DNA of 21,264 nucleotides from an archaeon (lineage in GTDB: Archaea; Asgardarchaeota; Thorarchaeia; Thorarchaeales; Thorarchaeaceae), in the NCBI GenBank assembly GCA_024275415.1, contig JAJRZD010000088.1, positions 1 to 21,264 on the forward strand, in the 5' to 3' direction. Below are positions 7,264 through 14,686 of the stretch, one piece after another. Every line of letters starts with the position of its first letter. Position 1 is the first letter of the stretch. Made by a program: the position numbers and the translations under genes. The notes under the pieces are model-generated. The model ran no database searches. It worked only from the letters and a program-made list of their open reading frames with translations, and was not told the DNA's origin.

Positions 7264-7965
7264 ATGAATCTTCAGATCATGGCTCCGGCTTACACTGATC
7301 GAGCCCATTTCTTCCTATTTGAACTTTCTAAGGGAGAAGAGGGATTTTCCATCCAGGAGATTCTAAAGAGTTTGGCGTTCTCAATGGTCGACTCGAGCGA
7401 GTGGGTCGATAAGGAGATAGGAACTCGAATCCGACTATTTTCTTCTTCATCTATGCCTGAATACTTTGGGGGATGTATTCTGCCATCTCACGAGATTACC
7501 AAACAGATGTGCCGCCTTGCAAGGGCATTCACATGGACATCTCGGGCATTTGATGTATTGTTCCTGCTATTCATCGCAGAATGGCTTATCGGGCTTCTTG
7601 TATTCGTTGGTGGACTGTCAGTCTTTTTGTCATATATTGGAATACTCATTGCCGTGACATTCTTGTGCTTCCTCATCAATGCGATATTTGCGATCTTGTT
7701 ATTTTTCTATCTTGACCGAAAATCGACTCACCACAACATAGAGATTGCACACAATGTCATCAGATTGTTACTGGAGGGACTGGCAGAGCGGTACAGGGAT
7801 GGATCTATAACTGCAATCAACATTTGCACAAAGCTCGGAAATCGATCTATTGCACATCATCTTCCGAGGGAATTCATAGAAAAGATGAAACCTCTTGGAG
7901 TAAACCACTTGGAAATGGACGCTCGCATCTGGGAGAGTTTTCACTCCAATGGCGCGCTCCAATAA
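7264..7965 (+). CDS. Hypothetical membrane protein (two central TM helices)
   Basis: Long ORF with hydrophobic segments FDVLFLLFIAEWLIGLLVF and YIGILIAVTFLCFLINAIFAILLFFYL. Start uncertain (TTG 7234 or ATG 7264). Confidence 0.65.
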   Translation: MNLQIMAPAYTDRAHFFLFELSKGEEGFSIQEILKSLAFSMVDSSEWVDKEIGTRIRLFSSSSMPEYFGGCILPSHEITKQMCRLARAFTWTSRAFDVLFLLFIAEWLIGLLVFVGGLSVFLSYIGILIAVTFLCFLINAIFAILLFFYLDRKSTHHNIEIAHNVIRLLLEGLAERYRDGSITAINICTKLGNRSIAHHLPREFIEKMKPLGVNHLEMDARIWESFHSNGALQ

Positions 7966-8081
7966 CGAAGAATCACCAGACACATTACAGAAAATCATTG
8001 TGAAACGACATCCCACTTTTTCAGCTATTTAGTTGGTGAATATCAAATGCTTTTAGAGGAAACACCTTAAAGTGTCACACT

Positions 8082-8831
8082 ATGGGGCCATTTCTTCTGG
8101 CACTCTGTGGCATCCCAGCCAGTGGTAAGACGACATTCGCTAGCAGGATTCAGGAACGTTTCTCCTCTGAGGAATGCGAAACAATGCTCGTGAGTACAGA
8201 TGAGTGGAGAAACGACTCGTACTATTCCAACTTCATACCTGAGAAGGAGAATGCAGTGCGGAAAAATGCATTGGAGAAGACAAGACAGGCTCTCTTGCAG
8301 AGAATAAACGTCATTCATGACGACACCAACTATTATGCCAGTATGCGTCATGATCTATATAATCTCGCAATTGAGCACGCGTACGCCTTCGGGGTCGTCT
8401 TTATTCGAACGCCGTTAGATATTGCACTAGAGTGGAATAGGGACAGAGAGAGACCCTTACCGGACAGCGTCATCGAAAAGATCAACGATAGATTAGATGT
8501 GCCTGGTTCCAAATACACTTGGGATACACCCATAGCCACGGTCGATATGGCGAAAGACGACATTGATGGCTGTATAGATACCATCAAGAAGAAGCTTGGT
8601 ATCCTCAGACCGTCCAGACCATTGGGCAAGCCAGTTCCCGGTGATGCTGAGTTTTATGATGGACTTACACGTAGGATAGTCCACGAATTCCTTAAGGAAC
8701 GAAAAGAACTACGGAGGACTCGTGAAATCAGTAGGATCAGAAAACAGGTTCTGAAAGAGGCAATCACGCATAGAATGGACTCTGAGGAGGTAAGGTGGAC
8801 GTTGTTATCAAGATTGGCGAAAGTGGAATGA
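8082..8831 (+). CDS. pstK: L-seryl-tRNA(Sec) kinase (PSTK)
   Basis: P-loop LCGIPASGKTT, DDTNYYASMR motif typical of PSTK, WNRDR lid region and an archaeal-type helical C-terminal domain; directly adjacent to tRNA-Sec and SepSecS. Confidence 0.92.
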   Translation: MGPFLLALCGIPASGKTTFASRIQERFSSEECETMLVSTDEWRNDSYYSNFIPEKENAVRKNALEKTRQALLQRINVIHDDTNYYASMRHDLYNLAIEHAYAFGVVFIRTPLDIALEWNRDRERPLPDSVIEKINDRLDVPGSKYTWDTPIATVDMAKDDIDGCIDTIKKKLGILRPSRPLGKPVPGDAEFYDGLTRRIVHEFLKERKELRRTREISRIRKQVLKEAITHRMDSEEVRWTLLSRLAKVE

Positions 8832-8922
8832 TGGCGGCTCCTCAAGAGAATCGAACTCTAATCGCTTGCACGATCATGGGTTTGAAGCCCACGGCCCGGG
8901 ACCACCCGTGCTATGAGGAGCC
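8832..8922 (-). tRNA. selC: tRNA-Sec (anticodon UCA), archaeal 9/4 fold, CCA encoded
   Basis: Minus strand: GGCTCCTCA TA GCACGGG TGGT CCCGGGC C GTGGG CTTCAAA CCCAT G ATCGT GCAA GCGAT T AGAG TTCGATT CTCT TGAGGAGCC G CCA. This gives a 9-bp acceptor stem, 4-bp T stem, 7-bp D stem with a 4-nt loop (one A.G mismatch), TCA anticodon (8885-8883), long variable arm with a GCAA loop, and G73. Confidence 0.97.
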
Positions 8923-8975
8923 TCAACTGACATAGAGGGGAAACAAGAACGGATGTGATATACGGGACGTTCTGT

Positions 8976-9638
8976 TTAGATGTATCGCTTTATGACCTCG
9001 ATGGTTTCCTGTTTCCATTCGACGCTTTTCTTGGCCAAAGCGGTAGCAATGTCTCCTGGCAACGGTTCCTCGCGTGGCAATGGTTCGATTTTTGAAAGCC
9101 AGCCACTAGTATGGAGGGTGATAGGATGAAGGCCTTCACCTTCTGTCGCCTTGATTATCATCTCCCTACCGTGTGCTACCTGATAATAGACCTCGGAAAG
9201 GGGGCGTTTTTCGAGGATTTGATGTACCAGCCTGTCCCAACATGCCTTGGCCAGTAGCGCCCGTCGCACACGACTCTTCTGTGGTGTGCCCAAAACGCGG
9301 TATTTGTCTAGAGCTGCATTGATGTCAGCGGAAACCGATTCGATGTATGCTGTGATTTCCTGCTCGTTGTCACCTCGGACTTCCAGTTCGATGCTGGCAT
9401 TGTTCCCTTTGACAGAGAAAGTGACGTGCATCGAGTTCTTCTCGGAACGCAATGTAAATCTTGCAGTCCCATGGAATTCTTGGCTCTCGGGTTCGGAATA
9501 GTTTGACAGATATACTCCTGGCGCGGATGCAATCACATACCAGGCAACTCGGAATACCACTGAGGGGTCATCCACATAAGGGATGGTTGCAGTGGCACTA
9601 TAAGGCAACGCGTCATCGTTCAATGGCGGACTCTCCAT
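8976..9638 (-). CDS. Uncharacterised 220-aa protein embedded in the Sec operon
   Basis: ATG-initiated ORF starting 18 nt after the SepSecS stop and ending 53 nt before tRNA-Sec on the same strand. N-terminal half has an alpha/beta pattern, C-terminal half is helical. No family recognised. Confidence 0.8.
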   Translation of the reverse strand: MESPPLNDDALPYSATATIPYVDDPSVVFRVAWYVIASAPGVYLSNYSEPESQEFHGTARFTLRSEKNSMHVTFSVKGNNASIELEVRGDNEQEITAYIESVSADINAALDKYRVLGTPQKSRVRRALLAKACWDRLVHQILEKRPLSEVYYQVAHGREMIIKATEGEGLHPITLHTSGWLSKIEPLPREEPLPGDIATALAKKSVEWKQETIEVIKRYI

Positions 9639-9656
9639 TCTTCAAGCAAGTCCATA

Positions 9657-10967
9657 TTACTTGCTGATTTCCTTATAGAGTTTGGTTGTAGCAGCCTCTA
9701 TATCATTCTTTGTTGCACCTATTGCTGCGTTCATGACCAGATAGGACACTGGATAGTGGTAGATGCAGGATCCATACTGCCCAGACCCCACCGCCCTTGG
9801 TCCTGTGACACGCCTATTGTAGAGGCGTCCACCCAATGACTGTGCGTCAATGCCCTCCAAAGTCATGGCGCAGGCAATCGGGTTTGTTGTGCTCAGGATG
9901 CGCTGGCCTATCCTTTCAGCCAGCTCTGTCAGCCGTTCCTCAAGCAGAGTACGGCATTCCACCTGCTGAGACCTCAGGGTTTCATATCTCCGCAGCCCCA
10001 AAGATAGGAGCGATGCAAGGGTCTGAACGAGTGGGGCAGCACTAGCCCTGCCTGCATAGGACTCGGCAGTTTTCTCAATAATCTCCTCATTTGGTGATAC
10101 AAGGATTGATGAGCCAACAGGAGTCAGGAAGTTCTTGTCACCGCTTTGTATGATCATATCAACCCTTCCAGCGTCAATGGCGCTGCGAATCGTCTGCATG
10201 ATCTCAAGGGACTGAACGCCATATGCATTGTTGACGAACAATGGGACGTCGTGGCTCTGACAGAGCTTGGCAATCTCTTTTATCGGGTCAGGTGTCCGTG
10301 GTGGAAAGAAGGTGGTCGTGGCAAGGACGGCGGTGTTGTCTTCTCTGGAAATGGCATTCTCCAAATAGCCCAGATCGGCGTCCACTGCATCATCGTTCAA
10401 GACGGTCGGAGTAATTTCCAAATCGACACCAGCGATGGCAATCGCCCGTTTAGGCGAAGTGTGGTCTATGCGGGGGAACAGTATCTTCTTGACGTTGTAA
10501 TGTTGTCGGAGAGCTGCTGCTACCAAGGCCAATGACATGCCTGTAGAAAGTGGTAGGACGATACCATACCGGACATTGGGAACCCCTAGTCGCTTCATCG
10601 CATCGAGAGCGACTTGATTCACGATTTGCTGCATTATTGATGCGCCTGGCGCCTTGGGTTGCGGGGCAGTAACATGACCACTTCGGCCTATCCCATGATT
10701 GAAACCTGCTGCTAGCTCAGAAACCAATGGTGATGCTATCCGGGCCTCTCGCTCGCCCACTCTAGCTGCCTCGGGATCTTTGTCCGTGTCAAGGGATGCA
10801 AGTACTTTCAGGATCAGGTCAATTTGGAAATCGCTCAACGACTCATCCAAGAACCTTCGCTGATGGAGAACCTTACGGAGAGGCCCCAAAAGAGCCCCTA
10901 GTGTGGTTTCACTACGCCGAAGCATATTCTTGGGTATCAAATCCTCAATCATCTTCTCAATGTCCAA
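9657..10967 (-). CDS. spcS: O-phosphoseryl-tRNA(Sec) selenium transferase (SepSecS)
   Basis: GEREAR, HGIGRSG...QPKAPG, PRIDHTS, NNAYG, PLP-lysine motif QSGDKNF, YAGRAS and RRVTGPR, all typical of archaeal/eukaryotic SepSecS. Confidence 0.96.
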   Translation of the reverse strand: MDIEKMIEDLIPKNMLRRSETTLGALLGPLRKVLHQRRFLDESLSDFQIDLILKVLASLDTDKDPEAARVGEREARIASPLVSELAAGFNHGIGRSGHVTAPQPKAPGASIMQQIVNQVALDAMKRLGVPNVRYGIVLPLSTGMSLALVAAALRQHYNVKKILFPRIDHTSPKRAIAIAGVDLEITPTVLNDDAVDADLGYLENAISREDNTAVLATTTFFPPRTPDPIKEIAKLCQSHDVPLFVNNAYGVQSLEIMQTIRSAIDAGRVDMIIQSGDKNFLTPVGSSILVSPNEEIIEKTAESYAGRASAAPLVQTLASLLSLGLRRYETLRSQQVECRTLLEERLTELAERIGQRILSTTNPIACAMTLEGIDAQSLGGRLYNRRVTGPRAVGSGQYGSCIYHYPVSYLVMNAAIGATKNDIEAATTKLYKEISK

Positions 10968-12354
10968 ATGAGAACTCCTCCTCTCTCAAAGTTTCATAGA
11001 ATACCTTGTCATTCACATCGACTGACCGGGTAAAGGTCGCTGAAATGACCCCACGAGTGCCAAAGGTGCCAGTCACTTTGCCAGAATGACCAGAAGCAGT
11101 GGACAAACTATGCCCCTGCAAACGCTCTGCAATCTCTTTCGTTGAAGCCAGTCCTTCGACAAGTACATCGTTCTCTCGGATACGAAACACCGTACCCTTA
11201 CGAACTCGTTGCTTGAATAGGATAATCCTGTCGGGCACTTCAGTAACGGTGCCGGTTCCAACAATCCTCATGGCAGTGGGACGCAGGTCGGTTCGCATCA
11301 GTAAGACACGCATTCCAGGTTCCACTCCAATCTTCTTCTGAAGGAGGACAGCTGCCAAGAACAGCGAGTCCTGAGCCTCGTCCAGTACGACTCGGATACC
11401 ATCAGAACGGGTTATGAAAGGGACAATTTCGGCAGTCACTGTAGGCATTCCAATAGTGGCACTCAACACCATACGTTTGGTTACTTTCCCTCGATAGAGT
11501 GGATTCAGTGAGATTGTAGCGTAGACCTTGTCGCTTGCGGGGAGTGAGCTGGGAGCACAGAGATAGTCGCCCCTATGAATGGACTCACTCTTGACATCCG
11601 GGATGTTAACACCGACACGGTTTCCGGCCTGTGCTTTCTCCTGTTGTTCACCGAAGACTTGAATGGAACGTACCCGAACGCGGTCGCTGTGTGGGACGAG
11701 TTGAACAGTGCCTCCTGTGCTGATGGATCCCCTAAGAATCGTCCCAGTCACGACCGTGCCATGTCCCTTCTTCGGGAAAGCATGGTCGATTGGCATGAGG
11801 AACGGGTTCTGCGTGTCCCGAATATGTGGCTTGACAATTCGATAGATAAGAGACTTGAGATCGTCAATTCCTTTGCCGGTCTTGGCGGACACATTGACGA
11901 TATCATAGTTCTTGATGCCTGAGCCATCAAGAATTGAGCGTATGCGACCGGCCATTCGCTCAAGTTCTAGTTCACCAACTAAGTCGCTCTTCGTGACTGC
12001 GACAATGACGGGGTCGATGTCGAAAGCGCCAAGGATGATAATGTGCTCGCCAGTCTGAATCTTTGGTCCCTCGTCAGCCGCGACACAGACTATGGCAGCA
12101 TCGATGATACTCGCACCTGCGACCACACTTCGGATGAGATCGGCATGACCGGGAGCGTCTACGAGCGTGACGAGATATTCATGGAGCTTGAACATAGTGA
12201 AGCCAAGGTCAATGGTTATCCCACGCTCTTCTGATTGGGGATGCTTGTCCAGACCAGCCGTGGAAACTTTTTCACTCATAGCCCGTGCGAGTTCTGTTTT
12301 CCCGTGATCGATATGACCAACAAGCCCAATATGAACCGGGATGTCTTTTGCCAT
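10957..12354 (-). CDS. selB: Selenocysteine-specific elongation factor SelB/aSelB (archaeal type)
   Basis: GHIDHGKT, ERGITIDLGF, DAPGH and TKSD G-motifs, EF-Tu-like domains II and III, and a short C-terminal barrel-type domain IV (no bacterial winged-helix tail). Overlaps the SepSecS start by 11 nt. Confidence 0.94.
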   Translation of the reverse strand: MAKDIPVHIGLVGHIDHGKTELARAMSEKVSTAGLDKHPQSEERGITIDLGFTMFKLHEYLVTLVDAPGHADLIRSVVAGASIIDAAIVCVAADEGPKIQTGEHIIILGAFDIDPVIVAVTKSDLVGELELERMAGRIRSILDGSGIKNYDIVNVSAKTGKGIDDLKSLIYRIVKPHIRDTQNPFLMPIDHAFPKKGHGTVVTGTILRGSISTGGTVQLVPHSDRVRVRSIQVFGEQQEKAQAGNRVGVNIPDVKSESIHRGDYLCAPSSLPASDKVYATISLNPLYRGKVTKRMVLSATIGMPTVTAEIVPFITRSDGIRVVLDEAQDSLFLAAVLLQKKIGVEPGMRVLLMRTDLRPTAMRIVGTGTVTEVPDRIILFKQRVRKGTVFRIRENDVLVEGLASTKEIAERLQGHSLSTASGHSGKVTGTFGTRGVISATFTRSVDVNDKVFYETLREEEFSFGH

Positions 12355-12447
12355 AGTGCTCGTATGAAGTAGGAACGAGTCGCATGTTAAACCTTCGCAG
12401 GAGTCCTATCAGTGTACCTTATTTGTGGCGGTGTGTAACAGGGAGGT

Positions 12448-12855
12448 ATGGTTTCTCGGTCAATGGAAAAGATGATGCTTATCGCAATAGGACTTACCAC
12501 TGTGGTTATTGTTGGAGTGCCGATACTCGCATACACTATAGAGACCTTTTCCAACATATCATCCTTCGAGTCTGCTCAGACATTTGCAGAACGTGTCCAT
12601 AATCTCACTGCTACCGTAGATGGAGGGAACGAAACGGAGTTGTCAGTCGAGATAAGGGTTCCAAAATATGTGGAGATAACCTCCTCGAATAACATACTAA
12701 GCATTGCATATGTAAAGGAGGGCATCCAAGATGGATTTTGGAGCGATTCATACTTGCACGAGATTGTCCTTATTCCCCCCAGCGATTCGGGAATCTACAC
12801 TCTGACAGTCGAATTAGTTGCAGACCAGATACTCGTCACATTCACTTCGATTTAG
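12448..12855 (+). CDS. Small exported/membrane-anchored protein, archaeal pilin-like
   Basis: GGAGGT SD; short N-terminus with Glu followed by a hydrophobic helix (SRSMEKMMLIAIGLTTVVIVGVPIL), then a long helix and a beta-rich domain. Confidence 0.55.
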   Translation: MVSRSMEKMMLIAIGLTTVVIVGVPILAYTIETFSNISSFESAQTFAERVHNLTATVDGGNETELSVEIRVPKYVEITSSNNILSIAYVKEGIQDGFWSDSYLHEIVLIPPSDSGIYTLTVELVADQILVTFTSI

Positions 12856-12942
12856 CAGTCGGAGGCTCACGCTCAGCACAATCTTTTTAATGCACCCACA
12901 AGTTCCCGCCTCGAAGCACACCGAAGACGAGGACTGAATAAC

Positions 12943-13995
12943 ATGGCCGAGGATTCAGATAAGTCGGACACAGAAGAGCTGGACGAGCAGTCCACGTCAT
13001 CGGATGAAACCAAACTGGAGAAAGAACCCAAGGAAAAGAAGGCCAAAGGCAAGAAGAGAGGTAACCCACTTGGCTTGATATTCAACATCAGGATGCTCAG
13101 AAGGATTGTCCAGATTGTCTTTTTCCTCGGGATAAATGCATACATCCTGACTGCATGGTGGGGACAGGAAGCTATCACACAGTTCTGGACTGGTTTTCGA
13201 GACATCCTCCCGACCCTGCCAATCATTTCACCCTTAGAAGCAGAATATGCAGTAATAGGCGGGTCATTTGATGTCATGCAGCGAGAGTTCACAAGTGGGC
13301 TCTTCCCATTCTTCACATTGGGAGCAATGGTCATCATCGTCACAATCCTTGGGAGGTCAGCGTGCGGCTGGGTCTGTCCCATCGGGACGATTCAGGATTT
13401 CGCGACACTTCCGAACAGGGAGAAAATCCGACCATCACCAGGAACCGAGAAGGAACTTGGGAGGATGAAGGCATACATCTTCTTCATCGTTATGTTCTTC
13501 ACTGTCTGGATTGGTGTGAGCGTTGTCCTTGGTACCGCAGATGCTCTGAAGGATGCCCTTGGCATCTTTGCCGATGCTGTGTTCGACCAGTTCAATCCAG
13601 CATACATTCTCTTTGTTATTGTACCAAGCCAGAACTGGCCAACAGGATTTGATAACATGTGGCTCCTTGGGACATGGGGAGCAGTTGTATGGCTACAGAT
13701 CATTTTCGTTGCGCTCGTGGTAATCGTGTCATACTGGTTCCCACGCTGGTTCTGCAGATGGTTGTGTCCAGCAGGCTGGCTCTATGGGGTATTCTCAAGA
13801 GACGCTCTTGTGGGCATTGGCAGGAATCCTGCACGATGCACCCCTGATGTCTGCAACACATGTGAGGTTGTATGTCCGATGAACATCAGGATTCGGAGAT
13901 ACCCGTACCAGCGCGTCCATTCACCAGAATGCATCATGTGTCTTGAATGCAAGAGTCACTGCCCGAACAAGGCAATAGAAATCAAGTTCCTCTAG
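12943..13995 (+). CDS. NapH/MauN-like 4Fe-4S-binding membrane protein
   Basis: TM helices, two CxxxCP motifs (GRSACGWVCPIG, RWFCRWLCPAG) and two C-terminal ferredoxin-type motifs (CTPDVCNTCEVVCPM, CIMCLECKSHCP). Confidence 0.88.
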   Translation: MAEDSDKSDTEELDEQSTSSDETKLEKEPKEKKAKGKKRGNPLGLIFNIRMLRRIVQIVFFLGINAYILTAWWGQEAITQFWTGFRDILPTLPIISPLEAEYAVIGGSFDVMQREFTSGLFPFFTLGAMVIIVTILGRSACGWVCPIGTIQDFATLPNREKIRPSPGTEKELGRMKAYIFFIVMFFTVWIGVSVVLGTADALKDALGIFADAVFDQFNPAYILFVIVPSQNWPTGFDNMWLLGTWGAVVWLQIIFVALVVIVSYWFPRWFCRWLCPAGWLYGVFSRDALVGIGRNPARCTPDVCNTCEVVCPMNIRIRRYPYQRVHSPECIMCLECKSHCPNKAIEIKFL

Positions 13996-13997
13996 GC

Positions 13998-14348
13998 TCA
14001 TTCAAGTGTCGCAATGAAATCGGAGAATTGCCGATTCACATGGTCATATAGTTCCATCAACGAGAGACCATAGTCTGTAATAGTTGCCCCTCCACCACCA
14101 TGATGTCCCCCCTTGTAGGACTGGACGAGCTTGGCATTCAGCTTGGCCTCGATTTTCCTGATTACGCCCCACGCATAGCGATAAGACATCTCAAGATCCT
14201 TTGCTGCTTGCGAAATAGAGCCAGTCGTGTGTATGCTTCTGAGAAGCGCATAGGCACCAGGACCAAGAACATACTCTCCTGCATGTTCCAGCCAGAGCTT
14301 GTAATTCGGTTGTAAGCGAGGGAGAGTCTTGTTCTTTTTTCCGGTCAT
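13998..14348 (-). CDS. Stand-alone ModE-type winged helix-turn-helix regulator
   Basis: LL..IH.TGSISQAAK.L.MSYRYAW..I...E..L...LV....GG..GGGA.IT pattern; no molybdate-binding mop domains. Confidence 0.88.
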   Translation of the reverse strand: MTGKKNKTLPRLQPNYKLWLEHAGEYVLGPGAYALLRSIHTTGSISQAAKDLEMSYRYAWGVIRKIEAKLNAKLVQSYKGGHHGGGGATITDYGLSLMELYDHVNRQFSDFIATLE

Positions 14349-14405
14349 CGTTAAAAGGCAACCAAACGTGTTTGCTCGATTCGAAGCTAGCGCATCCTGA
14401 AGAAT

Positions 14406-14627
14406 CTAGTGACCCCATCTCATACGTTCGGGCTTCGTTTCCTTCTTGAATGCCTTCTTCACTTTCTTCCAATGGTCTTGACAGAGATAGGTCTTCCTCT
14501 TACGCGCGTCTTTGACCTTCAATCCTGAAGATGTGATGCTTTGTCCGATACGCTCTGTAGAGAATGATCTTTTCGAGGGTTTTTCGCACCCTACTATGCT
14601 GCAGGTTTTTTCTTTGGATCGTTCCAC
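14406..14627 (-). CDS. Small basic zinc-finger-like protein (C-x4-C...C-x2-H)
   Basis: CSIVGC...YLCQDHW with a Lys/Arg-rich tail; resembles a conserved small archaeal family. GTG start. Confidence 0.7.
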   Translation of the reverse strand: MERSKEKTCSIVGCEKPSKRSFSTERIGQSITSSGLKVKDARKRKTYLCQDHWKKVKKAFKKETKPERMRWGH

Positions 14628-14686
14628 GGCTCACACTTCAGGAATCTTGATGGATGTGAGCAATTTAACTATAACGACAAGGGAAT

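Noticed and set aside
10945-10959. Sec read-through of the selB UGA stop
   Set aside because: Another in-frame TGA follows after three codons inside the SepSecS start; an ordinary overlapping stop/start junction.
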